This document shows positions 46,081 to 59,400 of a stretch of DNA of 64,000 nt, one piece after another. The DNA is from Amoebophrya sp. A120 (lineage: Eukaryota > Protista > Dinoflagellata): NCBI GenBank assembly GCA_905178155.1, contig CAJINV010000003.1, positions 9,679,979 to 9,743,978 of the forward strand, in the 5' to 3' direction. Position 1 is the stretch's first letter. Every line of letters starts with the position of its first letter. The notes under the pieces are model-generated. The model was not told the DNA's origin, ran no database searches, and worked only from the letters and a program-made list of their open reading frames with translations. The translations under genes were made by a program, and so were the position numbers.

Positions 46081-48504
46081 TCAATACATAGCATCGGCGG
46101 TGGTTGTGAGTGGGACGACTGCGCAGTATTTCTTAAAATGCAGTCGCTTTTTGCAGCTTAACGAGAAGGTGACTTCCTGCGAATAAGACACGTCGTATCG
46201 CGGCACCGCTAGTGTATGTTCCTCGATCGCACTCACCAGCGTTTTTGCCTTACTTTGGTCTACTCGTCGTGCCTCCGGATTCTTCTCCTGCTCCTCTCTT
46301 CCGATCGTCTCGCAATTCACGTCACCAACGATATCACTGTCAGAACCAATACTGAGCAGGCAACTACGACTTTGCTCCGTGATACGGTTCGAAGTGGATC
46401 CGCTTGAAGATGCCGGGGGTACAAAGGAATCGCTGAAACTGGTAGTAGCTGCTGCACAAGTCAGAGTGTCCGCCGTAGTGCGATTGCTGTTGGATTCTTT
46501 TCTCCAAGTTGTGTGCTCGGCAGGCTCGGGCCCGCGAAATCGTCCCGCTCCCCAGGTATTAAACCTCGGAGGTTTATTCCCAGCCTCAACTTTTTGAACC
46601 TCTGGATGATGATGATGATGATCTCGAGCTCGACTCGGCACTAATCCCACCTCTGGACTTTGCTTCTCGGAAAAAAAACTGCACAAAATTGACAAACTGT
46701 TCTTGTTCACAGTTTTTTCTTCGCACGAACACAGACTCGATGATTGATCGTATCCTCCTAACTTGCTGACCGTCCAGTCGTAGCTGTGTTCTCCTTTCGT
46801 GCTGAGAATTTCCAAAGACTTGCTCTTTTCGCTTTCGAGGCGACAAGAGCGACTGGGCCTGCCTGAACTTTTGCACTCCACGCCAAACAAAAGCTCAGCC
46901 GTCGGAGAAAATGCGCTGGCACTGGCAGTTAAGCTGCTGCCCGCGTTAGAGGTCGACTTGCCCTGCACAGACCGACGCGTAACAGTCGCACAGCTTGATT
47001 TTCGTTTTCGTGTGGAGTTGTAGCAGTCGGACCCAAAGTGGGTGGCCTCTCGCTCGCGCTGCTGTGCTTGCGACCACGAGAGGGTACTTTGGTAGGCAAA
47101 ACCGCTCTTTCCCTTGCTCGTTGTTGGATTGTGAGAAGAGCTACCAGCTGCTGAGGCGGCTTGACGACCCGAGACTGAGACGCTTTCTCTCGCACCTGCT
47201 TTAGCTCCACCGATGCCGGATGGTGAGGCACGTACACTGTAACCGAAGGCTTGGCAGTGAGATGTGGACGCGCTCGATCCAGTTGTGCTCGTACTGGCGC
47301 CGCCAACTGAGTTACTGCTACCGCTCGACCCAGCCTTGAATACCGAAGATCCGCGAAAAGTGGCACTGGAACCGCCACGATAACAATCGGAACCGTAGTG
47401 ATTTTCCTGGCAAGGTCTTGTACAACTCCCAGGTATGCTGGTCTCGTATTTGTTGAGCGTTGGTCTCGAGTCCGGTCGTCTATTTCTATCTCTATGCTGC
47501 AGCACGAGCTCACCGGTTTCTTCCTCTGACGAATGACCAATGGCACTAGCGTTTCCAAAAATAGACCAAGCAGCTACGTGCCGCGTGGTCGTGAACTTTT
47601 CCGCCTGTTGCAGGCTTGGTTCAAGGCTTGAACCCTGTCTGACGTCCTGCTCGATCCCTCTGGTAGTCGACGAGGACCACTTTCCGCGTTGATCGATCAA
47701 AGTGCTACTGGTCCTCGCGCGCTTTACCTGTTCCCTGCCACTGTCATTGATAACGTGTTTGCTTGTCCCACGACTAATACTTAATTCCGTAGAAGACGAC
47801 GTGGCACTAGTACGATCGGTTCTTGAAGCAAGGCTCGCTTGGCTCTCCTTTCGGATTCGCTTTTGTACCGTTGCGAAATGCGACCAGACGGAACGGAAAA
47901 ACCCTAGAAGACCTCTTGCGCTTTTTGAGGATCCCGCGTTCGGCGGATGCCCTCGATGCGGCGCTAAGGCTGAGAAGGGACCGGCCTGTCGTGTACCACT
48001 ATTTCTGGAAGAGGTAGTCGACGAACCTCCTCTGCTTTTCAAAAAGTGGTTCTCAATTGAGCTGTCTGCTCTTTCCAGTTGCTGTGTCGCTCTTGCCGGT
48101 GGCCGCGCTGCAGTCCCGGATACAATTGCTAGGGGCTCTGCTTCGTCGTGTTTATTTTGATAGTTCTTGTAGACCCTGTTCCTGTTTGACGCTGTAGTCC
48201 GACAGTTTCGCCTTGGTATATCAGGATCGTCGTCCTCCTGCTCCTCCGCGGGGCCTGGCACCTCAATGCCACTGCGCCGCCCGTTCTGTCCTGCGTCCGG
48301 CCCGGCCGCCAGCCGCAGGAAGCTAAAGCAGCACGTGTCCGAAATCTTCGACGGGATCCCACTTGCCGTCTCTTTCTGTAGACGCCTACAACAATGGAAA
48401 CAAAACAAATACCGAAGACAGCCCAGAAACGGCCACTTCGAATTCCAATAGTCCCGAAGCTTCTGATAAAGATAAAAGTATACTTTAAGCTTCAAAAAAA
48501 TCAA
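46081..48504 (-). CDS. Ser-rich low-complexity hypothetical protein (807-aa ORF), probably the last exon of a membrane protein
   Basis: Long ORF on the gene-bearing strand with a hydrophobic, Cys-rich start. No family recognised. Confidence 0.65.
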   Translation of the reverse strand: MIFLKLKVYFYLYQKLRDYWNSKWPFLGCLRYLFCFHCCRRLQKETASGIPSKISDTCCFSFLRLAAGPDAGQNGRRSGIEVPGPAEEQEDDDPDIPRRNCRTTASNRNRVYKNYQNKHDEAEPLAIVSGTAARPPARATQQLERADSSIENHFLKSRGGSSTTSSRNSGTRQAGPFSALAPHRGHPPNAGSSKSARGLLGFFRSVWSHFATVQKRIRKESQASLASRTDRTSATSSSTELSISRGTSKHVINDSGREQVKRARTSSTLIDQRGKWSSSTTRGIEQDVRQGSSLEPSLQQAEKFTTTRHVAAWSIFGNASAIGHSSEEETGELVLQHRDRNRRPDSRPTLNKYETSIPGSCTRPCQENHYGSDCYRGGSSATFRGSSVFKAGSSGSSNSVGGASTSTTGSSASTSHCQAFGYSVRASPSGIGGAKAGARESVSVSGRQAASAAGSSSHNPTTSKGKSGFAYQSTLSWSQAQQREREATHFGSDCYNSTRKRKSSCATVTRRSVQGKSTSNAGSSLTASASAFSPTAELLFGVECKSSGRPSRSCRLESEKSKSLEILSTKGEHSYDWTVSKLGGYDQSSSLCSCEEKTVNKNSLSILCSFFSEKQSPEVGLVPSRARDHHHHHPEVQKVEAGNKPPRFNTWGAGRFRGPEPAEHTTWRKESNSNRTTADTLTCAAATTSFSDSFVPPASSSGSTSNRITEQSRSCLLSIGSDSDIVGDVNCETIGREEQEKNPEARRVDQSKAKTLVSAIEEHTLAVPRYDVSYSQEVTFSLSCKKRLHFKKYCAVVPLTTTADAMY

Positions 48505-50447
48505 TTAACAAGATGGAACCGAGCAATAAGTATCAGCAGCGTGTTGACAATATTCGCGCATGAGAGGAATGTGCTAAATTGTGTTTCCACAGTCACTGTG
48601 TGAGCGGGGCGTAATTTCGCGTGTATGAGTAAGTACGCAGCATAAGTCTGCGTTGAGTTGCAATGACATTCGGATGGCCATTTGATCCGCTTCTCGGGCA
48701 TATTTCTGATCTAGTTGCACTTGGAGCCTGAAAACAGCTGCACCACAAGGACAATCATGTCACACGCTTGCCAATAAAAGACACTGAGTGACTGGATATC
48801 GCAATGCGCTCAAAAGATACGATAATAGTGGCGACAGCCCGGCCTCGGCGCTTCTCGGGGCCGCAGTACGGCTCCTGCTGACAGTCGCCCCCACTTTTGA
48901 GATCCACTCTAACTTTTCACTTGTCAAGCGCTTAGACTGTCGCGAAAGTGCAATTATCCACGCTTTGTGCTATGTGTGCCGATGTGGTAAAACTACACAG
49001 CTCCCAAGCGGGCGTCCACTCAAGGACAGCCGAGAAATCAAATGGTGAGCCTTTTCGCGCGCCCAGCGCCTAGTTGTGCCAAGGCCGGCCACAAGGGCGG
49101 GGCGCAAAAGTTGCGGAGTAGAAAAGCCTTTCGAGACACGCGACCGCTCAGACTTTGTCGCTCGGCCACACAAATGAAACAAAGCCGCACCAGCTTGAAA
49201 GCGTTGAGTGGTTGCCGCACAATGCCCGCGAACAAAAGCGCTGGCGTGGAGCCCGGGCAGCTGCAACGGCGGGTCAGTGCTAACGCAAAGAAAAAACAAG
49301 GAGAGGAGCAGACGCGCGACCCAATTGATTACTGCGCCCCCCCTGCCGATTGAAGGAGGACGCGAGGTGCCTGGGTGGCAGGAGGAAAAAGGCACGCGCG
49401 GAGAAGCTGTAGCAGGAAAGAAGCCCGCGTGTTTCCAACAACTGGATTGGACCTCCTTCAAGCATTGGCGCGCCGCCTCAGTGCGACATCGTACTGCGAA
49501 GGCGGCCCGCCACGGTGCAAATTTTGCAGGCGGGCAAAGGGCTACCCTCTGGTGGGCTCGGTGCCGCCCAACGACAGAACCAGGCCTCGGCACTCCTTTT
49601 TGGCTGGTTATCTCCATGAAAAGCGCGCAAACATTATCATTGCAAAGCCCTGCAAAAGATTTGGTGCGACGACTCGTCTGCGCGTACCCAGGCCACGTCA
49701 TAGACAACAACTGTCATTTTCAAGCGTATACGCATGCGTGCGCTCTTTTCAACTATTCCTAATTCTCCTGATCTTCGGACTCGCGTAGGGTCAGCAAAAT
49801 GCAAAGTGCGATCCTCTACGCCTTGGCGTATCGAGCCGCTGAATGCCTCGATATTTGTCAACACTTTTCATGCGGTTCCGGAGCTGCTACCTCCTGTAGT
49901 TCAAACCTGTTAACGCGACTGATCTCAAATTTAAGGAACATCTTTTTTGGGTAAAACCCAATATTTTTGCAGTATCGATTTTTTTGACCTTCATTGGAGG
50001 AAAAAATCTTCGATGATTTAGGCAGTAATTTTTGATCCATATCCATCGAGGCTTGTCAATTTTCCGTGTCCACTTTCGAACCAGTGCATAATTTGCAAAA
50101 AAAAACGGTGCTGGCTAGCGAGATAATTCGAGCGATTCTTCTGAAAATTTTCATTCTTCTGCTGCTTATCATCGAAGGCTGAAAAACTAAACAATCTTCT
50201 GTAGCCGCACTCTTTCGTTTATTGATCCGAATTTTTCAACAGAGAAACTTTTGAGTCTAGTTACGCTTTTGATGGTGCAGAGCGTTTATAAACGCAGACA
50301 TAAGGGGCGCGACTGCGACGGGTCCAATGTCAAGTCAAGGAGTATCGCGATGCGGGGTCGCGCATCCAACTGATATCCTAGAGGAGTTCTTGTTCATGCC
50401 GTAAATGAATATCTCTGCAACAAATACTTCACACTTAATGATCTGAG

Positions 50448-53400
50448 TCACCTTGTCTCGCTACCGCCGCCTGCATCAGGTGCCATGCGCGCTGCGACGG
50501 TGTTTCCAATCGCAGGCGAGTCGCGGGCGGTAGTGAAGAGCTCGCCTCTTCTTCTTCGCGCAAAGTAGTCGCTTTTTGCTGCCTGCAGCTCGTTCTTGTA
50601 ACGGTTTACATCTAATCGCAGGTCCTCACACGACTTGTGATATCCGGAAAGCTCCTTCCCCATGGCCCGCATCTGGTTACTCTTGTCTCGCAGGGACTTT
50701 GTGTACCAAGTGAGCTGCTCAGACACTTCAGCACCCGGCTGGCGAGCCAGGATGTTCTTAAGCTGTACATAAAGCTTTTCCTTTTCCTGGATCAGCATGT
50801 CACACTCGATGACTTCTTCCGTTTTTGTAATGAGTCTACGCTGCAAGTTCTTAATGTTGTGTAGCAGCTCATAGGACTGCGGATCTGACCCTTCCAGTCT
50901 GCGCCATCGATGTACCTGTGGTTGGGGATTGCTATATATCCTGGCCCGATCGCCCATTGCAAGCCGCACTGTGTTTCCTTCATCGGCTAGTCTTTCGCTA
51001 AAGACAACATCACCAGTATTGATAGTAGAAAGAACAAGTCCTTGGACATCAGGTAGCTATCAGAACGATAGCGCTTACGCACAAAGAATTGCAGCTACGT
51101 TCATGGGGTTCTTCATTTCCTCTTCCAGGTGCTTCACCTTGCATTGTTCGTGTATGAGCTCGCGCTCGAGGCGGTGGATCTCCCGCTTGATGTTTGTCGT
51201 AGAACTCATCTGCCCACGACACCTTTGCACCTCGTCCTTCAACTTGTCTATCTGTTTCTGCATGTCGACCACAGCTGTGTTGTATAGTGACCGATATCGC
51301 AGCTTCTCAACGGGGGGGGCCTTGCTGCCGCCATACTACTATCTACAACAACAAAAATGCGCACTACGAAGGCGACTTTTCAGGTGAGTTCGTGATACGT
51401 CCAGATGGGCCTGTGAAAAGCGCACACAACTGTCGCATGAGATTTGAAGGACATCGAAGAGGCCAGCAGCTCCTCGACCAAGGGCAACAAAGCAAAGCGT
51501 GCTGATCTCATTCAGTACCCGCAGAGGCAAAAGCATGGTCGAGCGGGCTATCATATCAAAATCAATCTAAAGCCTGAAGCTGCAATCCATTAAGCGCTTT
51601 CGACTTGGATGAGTGCCTCATCATAGCCTTGATGAGAAGTTTCCAAATCGTTGCTCTTAAGGGACAAGGTCCGAGTCGTCTTTCAGGCGAGGACAGAAGC
51701 TGCGAAGGTGGAAAGCAGCGAAACGAAATCGCGAGCGAATTCGTCTCGACATCCATGATCACCATCACGGTCACCATCGACCGCACGCATTAGCCATCGC
51801 ATTACTTATATTAGAGACTTGAAGCAATATATATTGAAGAAAGAGCGCCTGACTAGCCTTGGCCCTGACTAACATGACCGGAACCCAGACACATCCGCCC
51901 GGGCACATATTAATTTGCACTCAAACATCGTCGCCTTTTTTTCGCGATCAACTGTGTCTAAGTCTAATACGTCCTTCAAAATACATTACGCTTCGTTACC
52001 GCTCCAGGAAAAGATGTGTAGTATGTTTTTTATATCCGACAAAAAAAATACAGTCGCAGACAGCTTTGTATTCGTTTTCGCCGTGAAGCATGTTTGACTG
52101 CTGAACCTTCAGTCCTTCGTAGAGTTTTTCAAGTTCTTCGTTGCGGCGAATGAGCTGTTTAGTCAAGACCCCGCGTTCGTCCACGACGCCCTTGCACTCC
52201 TTTTGCTGTGTCAGCTTTTCCGCCTCCGCAGTCTGGATGACTTTCTCAAGCTTCTTGGCTTCTTGTTGCTGTGTGTGAATGATGCCGGTCAGATTTAACA
52301 ATCGCTTCCTGCTGCGCTCCAGCGATTCCCTGATAGCTTCGTTCCCCTTCGCCAACTTTTGCTCTTCAAATTTTTCCCGAATTAGGTTGTGATCCTTTTC
52401 GCGAATTTCGTCCTTCACTTGAAACTTTCATATTGAAAAAAGCCTCCGTTCATTTGAGCAATATTGCTTTAGAAGTAGCATATACGGGATGGCCCCATAT
52501 GGCAACGCCAAAGCCTTCTCGCTCTTTATTTTGCGATGGGTGTATATCACAGCACGCAGATGCGTTTCCTGTTGATGCCCAGCACACCAGCACATGCGAG
52601 CGCTAGGTCATGCAGCTCTAGCTACCAGCTTCCCTGTAGTGACACCATAGTGGGTGAGTGAATGATTTACCCAACTGACGGTGACTGGGTTTTAATATTC
52701 ATTAGCAATATTTTTCGGTAAAGGTGTAGACCAGGGCCCCTGGGACTAGGGCCCCTACGGACTGGGGCCCGTACGGACTGGGGCCTGCGCGGTGTCTCGG
52801 ACTCTGGTGTCCCGGAATCTGGTGTGCTGGAGTCTGGATGGATCTGGAGAAGTTGGGGCATCGCTCTGCGGGCGTTTGCATTCGAGACGTCTCTCGTTAG
52901 CAGTTTGAGCTGTATCCACACTGTCCACTCGAGCAGTGCTGTCGCTGTTGCTGCGAAACATTTCGAATACAAAAGGCGCCCGTCGATCTGTGAGTAGTCA
53001 GCAGACTGCGCCACATATTACGTGTGACCTGCATACTTCCACTTCCTGGCCCGATAATACGACTTACATGACACGCATACTTGTACGCTGCTAGATACTT
53101 GTACGCTGTACTATTATTTGTACGCTAGTAGGCCCAGATTATTTCGACTTGATACGCCGCTAGACAGCTCCGCTTCCGGCCGCGCCTCGCCGTGTACCAG
53201 ATTCCGGGACGCCGTTCAGTCCGTAGGGGCCCCAGTCCGTCGGGGCCCTGGTCCATGGGGGCCCTGGTCCAGGGGCCCCTGGTCTAGGGGCCCTGGTCTG
53301 AGCAGGGGCCCTGGTCTACCCGGATACCATATTTTTCATTCTATTCCATATTCCGAACAACTCCTTTCATTCATAGCCCGCTTGTGCGCAGCAGCTCGAA

Positions 53401-56400
53401 ATGCCTGTGGCATCCGACAGGTGGGAACAAATACGTCCAGAGATGACTTTTCTTGGCCTTCTACCTCTCTCTTTCTGTCTCTAGCGTGCGAACGTCCACA
53501 CTCTTCCGAGAGGAGGCTTTTTTTCTTCATGATAGTGATATATCGTTGTGCATCACCTTGAACTGCACCTCCATGCCCGCGATTTCCTCGTTCGATGCGA
53601 TCAAGTTCTTCGAGTACATGTTTCCTGTGCAGTGAGTGTACAGCAGCAGCAATGACCATCAAGTGTAACCGAATTAAAGAGGACTGTTTTGCTGTATTTT
53701 CATTTGCGAACCAGAAACTAGTCATGCATATACTTTGTCCCGTTAAAGTGTGAGACTAAGTCCGGGTTTTGGGCTTGCGTTTTCCGAGGACCCGAACTCC
53801 CGTTGAGTCTCAGTCTGATTTCGATCACTAAGTTTGACCTTCAGTCAAAGGAAAAGCGCTGACTTGTTCTGAGTTCGCGCATTAGACGTAGACCTGAGTG
53901 TCAGTCTGAAAACGGACTTCGAGTACCCGAGGCCTGAGCTCCCCCGTCAGGCCCGGACATCTAAGTGGGAGTGAGACGTCTCACCACGACGACCGGTCTG
54001 CGAAGCGCGCTCCAAGCTCTTTCTTGCGCAAACGCAAAGGCACACACACACACTAAGCTATGAAACTTGGGCGAAGCTACCTTCTTCCAGGGCGGGCTTT
54101 TCGCACTCTGGTGCTTGCGATATGTCGCACCGCGCAGATCAGGAGCTGAGATATTAGGACGGGCGACATGTTGCAGCCGGGTGCAAAATTTCTTGTAGTA
54201 CGCGCTTGCTGCAGATAAAAGCATTGCGCTTCATGGCGTCTGCTGAGCGCTTATTTTTTTTTTGTTTTTCAGGTTTTATCGCTTCACTTCTTTTGTATCG
54301 AGCTAGCCAAGCCCAAGGGACAACGCATGTGTGGCCGAGTTCATTGCTATGATCAGACATGCGAAAATTCGTCTTTCATGATGGTACTCTACCGGCCGGC
54401 CAGAATGTGAAAAAGTGTAGCGCAATCCGATTCAAAGATATGTATGTAAGTATATGAATACGATCCGAAACCACCGCATCATAAAGACTCTTCTGGTTGG
54501 CCAGCTTTGTGTTGACGTCCGAAATTTGTTTGTGGATTTCGTGCAGCCGTTCATCACGGGCTTTGAGCTCCTCCAGGCCGTTGTAGTATTTTGCGTTCGC
54601 GACCGACAGCTCCACAGCCGCTGCTTCCCGAAGCTTTTTCGAATGACATTTAAAAACTCTTCCATATACAGAAGCGAAACTACTTGCGTGCTGGTTTGAT
54701 CTATATGTATATACCATAATGGACAAGACATTTCGGCGCTCCTCCCAAAAGCTTCGGAGGGTTAGACAGGTTCAATCAGCCTGTGCATTTTTATAGAAGC
54801 TCGTGAGAACTTCGCAGCATTTTTGTTGCTGCGCAAATCGCAGAACTCTCTTCCGCTGACTGGTTTCGTTAGTTTCAGTCTTTGCAACCCGGAGAAGGGC
54901 AAGGCTTCTGGTGGTTTTCACTTTCCCAAATTTCGTTGGTTTTTTACGATGAAAAACCGCCAACAGTTGTCTTTTGTAGATCGTTACAGGGTGCGCGTCA
55001 GCGTTTTTTAGCGCTCTGCTATTTTTCATACCCGGCAGTGCGCGCCCTTACTGGAAAACTGGAAATCTGCTAAGATCCTAAACCTGACCATGGTGGACAC
55101 GGCTACGAATGGCCAGCAGAAGCCTCATATATTTTTTTTTGCGGGGTATCGGAACATGCGGGGCAAAAAAGGCACAAACACCCCTACCCCCCAGGGGGTT
55201 TGCCGGGCTTTGTCTTTTTCCCCTGCCATGCCCTCCGCCCGCCGAGGCGCCGGCCCTGGCTGGCACTTGCGCAGCGCTGCAAGAAGAGCAATGGAAGCGC
55301 CCAGCTCATACGGGCGCCGCTCTTTTCAAGCGGCGGCGCCCTCCGTGCTCTTTTTCCGGATATGGCGCGACTCACTTCCCACCACAGCACTCCCCGGGCT
55401 TTCCGAGGCTGCGGAAGTAATTACTTCGAAGACGGGGGGCAGCCGGGGAGCCAAAACCCGCTCCCTCAGACCCCGGCTTCCTCAGCGCGCGCCGCTTCCC
55501 CTCGTCGCCCCAATTCCCCAAAGCGCTTCACTGACTCCGCCCTCAAAGAAAGGAAACCGCGCGCGGCCGCCCGCTAGCAGGCCACGTTCTGCATCCTCGG
55601 GCGCAGATGCCACCCAAGGGGGCGAGAAGGAGCATACCCAGCCGCCCGCCTGCTGGCAGACACGCGGGGGGGGAGAAATGGAACGAACCGCGGCGCGCAG
55701 GCCTGTAAAGGGGCAAAGCGGTTAAGGGTTCGCTTCGGCGATTGGTCGACAACTTTCCTGCTACCCAGGGGAAACAGAAAAAAAGAAGCGGCTAAAACGG
55801 GCGCAGTGGCTGACGTCGTCGCGGGCCTCGCAGGTGAGTATCTGCCTCCGAGCAGTGCTCCTCTTTATATGGTAATGACGAAACAGATTGACACGCTCCG
55901 CCTGAAGTTTGTCCAAACGGCCCCCACTTGAAAGGCTTTCGGGGTGCACATCCAGAACGAAGCGCGGCGCCCTTTCGTGCTGCGGAAATGCTGGCGAAAA
56001 ATGTCGCAGGCCGGTGGCTATCTGCAACGAAGTGCCTGACCTTTGCAGCAGCTGCAAAACCTCGACAAGTATGGCGCCCCGGTACCTCTCCGGGAGAGGC
56101 CTCGAGGGGGGTCCCTCCGTCGTTAGCCATGGCCAGCGCTCACCGGGGGACGGGACGCGCCATACTCAAAAAGAGCGGCCCTCTTTGATCTCGCAGCGCC
56201 TCTAAGTATTCGCGATCCCTCAAGCAAAGCCGAGGCCCTTCGGCCCCCCATCTACTATTCTGCGCAACAGTTGGGCGACTCAAAAACACCGAGCCGGAGA
56301 GAGAGCGAGCCCAGCGAATCTCTGTGGCGCTCCTTCCTTCTTCAGCACGCAAGGGGCGGGGCGCATGTGGAACACGGCGGAAGCAGACCGGGTGGTGGCT

Positions 56401-59400
56401 GCAATACGCGGCAAACCAGAGAAATGCGGGGTAAAGGGCACCGGCCGCACGAACGAAGGAGGGGCGTGGGCGCCAGGCTGCAGCGGGAGAAAATCGGCGG
56501 GGCCGGGCCTCGACGCCCCTAAACGCCGAACTCTGCCCCCTAGACCCTAAACAGGCGTCGTCTCTCTTGCATCGCCTCCCCGCCGACAAGGAAGTCGCGT
56601 AAAGGGTGTGGGGAAAGGAGGCAGGGGAGGTGCGCGAGTGAGGCGCTTAGGGAAATGGGTCACGGGCTTGGGGAAGTGAGTCGCGCCTTTTCCTCTATTT
56701 TCGGTCCGGCGTCCCCAATCTCAGACGCCGGGCGCTCGAGACCAACGCCGGCCGCTTCCGATTTTTTCGGCTCGTTGCGTCGGCTCTGCAGGCGGCGAAT
56801 GAGAGCGCAGCGTCCCGAATCGATGGCAATACTGCCCTGGGCGCTAAGTTGTTCAGTAAGAACCTCCGCGAGATAAAACACCTGCGAGCACAAAGGTCAT
56901 TTTCTCCCACAAGACGTCAAAAAGCTAGCCAATTACTAGGCCGCTGCTGAATGATCCTAATAAATTGGCGCGAGTGTTGTCGGGACACAGGGGACACGCG
57001 GGGGCGCCGCTTTGTTCGCGTGGAAGCCAGGCGTCTGCCCCCCCGGAAACCTCAGCCGCGCGCTTCTGCGTAACACTCCGCCGACTGCTGTGGAGTGCGG
57101 CTCCTGCCCGTGTGGCCGATGTTTGGCCCCGCGAAGCGGCCGCGGCCAGGCTGACGCAGTGCGCCTTTGCTCCTCGGCCGCAAGGGCTGCCAAGTGTTCG
57201 GCGCCCCGGCGCTGCTCTGCGCCTGCAGAGCGTGCGTGCCGTCGCCGGTCGGGCTTATGCTTGTCCCCGGAGTACTGCAAGCGTACTCCCAGGGCCGTGG
57301 GGCGGTGTGCTTTACCGGAGAACACCCCGCGGCTGTTCCGGGGACCCGGGTGGGGGACCAAGCCGCCAAGTTCTGCCCGGCTGCGCTGTGTGTCTCTCTG
57401 TGCCCCAGTCCCGAGGCATGCGCGGGGCTATTCTCGACATGGGGCCCGCGGCTTCGCCCCTTCGCTAGCAGTAGGCCGGCCCGCCCAGGACACGCCCGCG
57501 GGGTGCGCCTGCTGCAGGGCGTGGCCACTGCTGCCCTGTGTTCGGTCCACCGGTCTGGCTTTCCTACGGCCCGCCCGGGCGTCCGCTGGGCGCGCTTGGC
57601 TTGAAAAGCAGGCGCGGTCAAATGCGCAACAATTGCGACGCTGGGCCCGCAGGGCCAGCAACGATTCCGACAGACCGGGAGACCGCTGCCGCGGGCAGGT
57701 GCCGCGTGGCATAGTCGAACTCGGTCGCGCGGGCTGCTCGCGTCGGCGAAACCAACGGAAAGCCCAGCCCCACCACGGTCCTGCGCTGCGTAACAAATCG
57801 CACCAAGCTCGGCGCGGGGGGACCTCGGGCGGCTCATTCTGTCGCTATGGAGGTGGGTGCGCAGCTTGTGCCCTCGGCGATTTTCCCCACTGGGGCCTCG
57901 CTGACTCACAGCAGGGCTCTGACGACGCTGTCGCTTTTGGGGCGCGTCGCTGACGCTGGTGCGTGGTACATCTTCCGACTTTTTCACACCAAAAGAGACC
58001 GGCTGCGTCGCTTACTGCGGCCGTGTCTGTTTATGCTACAGGTCCTTCCCCGCTGGGATTCCGGTGACCAGCCGGAGTTCCAGTTCATAAATGAGCACAT
58101 GCACACACTCGCCTACATACAAATACTAATGAATCGGCCGAGTCCCGACCATGCATCGACGGAAGGAAACCCAGCATTTTTTGAAACACAAGCCTCAATG
58201 CGCGGAGGTGCTTTGCAGGACCGCTGTGAATCGAAAGCAGTCGCTCTGTAATTGGGATATGTATTTGCAATCAGATACTCCATTTGCAATATCTTTTTGC
58301 GAAAGCGCTGTGCTTCCACTTTCCACTTTGCGATATCCTTCTTCAGCTGTGCGACTTCCGTTTCCTTGTTCCGAACCTGTTTTAATTACTTTCAGCTGCA
58401 CCAGTTGCAGTTCGGGTGAAGGTGTTGATCTAGCCTCGGTATAACACGCCAGTCCGAAAAGTACGAGGACCTCTTGGATCGCGCAAAACGACCGAAAACA
58501 TGGACTATGCCCAAAAAAGAGAACTCACAGAATCGACGGCGCTTGTCTCTCTGTACGATGAAATGAGCAGACGAAAAAGCAAATCTCTTGAGACTCATAC
58601 GCCAAAATATAATGGATACCAGTTCTATTTGCTGCTTTGTCTTCTCATCCGCTTTGACAACATTCTTGTTGAGTATGTCCCGCCTGTCATCCGTGGGAAA
58701 AGTGTACACAATGCAAATGCATCATCATACTCGAGACGTAGTTCTTTCGTCCACGCCTGGAACCATTCCTGTGCTTCACATCCTAGAACAGATGTTATTC
58801 ATTGCAGGTCATTCTATTTCTGCTATCTAATCGCAGGCGCATATAAGTTGCACTTGCATACTGAAGTATGTATATAATATCGCGCAAAGACCGTTGGCAA
58901 TTTAAGGTGCTTTGCATTTGGACTTGGAGGCTTCGCCTTGACGGAGTCAGAAAAATAAAAATAGAAACTGCTGCAACATAGACTTGCACGTAGCACAAAT
59001 TTTCTCCCTGCGATACTCGCGCAAGAGGCTTTCGATTCTCTTCTGTTCCGCGTCGCAGTCTTTTCCCAGTGTTTTCCTCTGCTCCTCCGCCTCATAATTA
59101 TGAAAGTTCAGAAGCCCCGCTGACCTCCTTTGGCTACAAATTCGGTTCCGGTCAAACTACGCATTCGATTCGGCGAACAATAGCAAGGCTGTCTCCTGGG
59201 TTCATACAAACACGCCTACAAAGGCCCCCCGCAAGAGACGTCGCGCCTTGCAAAAAAAACTATACCAACGGCCGTTCCCCGAACGATCAAAACAGAGCAT
59301 CCGTCCGTAGGCTGCTTTTCCCCTCCATTCTGCGCGCTCTTCTTCCACCTCATCGTTCATGAGATCCAATTCGGACAAAGGCATACACATCGCATATATG

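Noticed and set aside
51275-52051. AGCTGT direct repeat at both ends suggested a non-canonical CFAP58 intron
   Set aside because: A canonical T|GTATTT..CAG|CT junction gives the residue count expected from homology.
56515-56655. CCCTAAA/TTAGGG telomere-like words
   Set aside because: Scattered and not tandem; compatible with chance.
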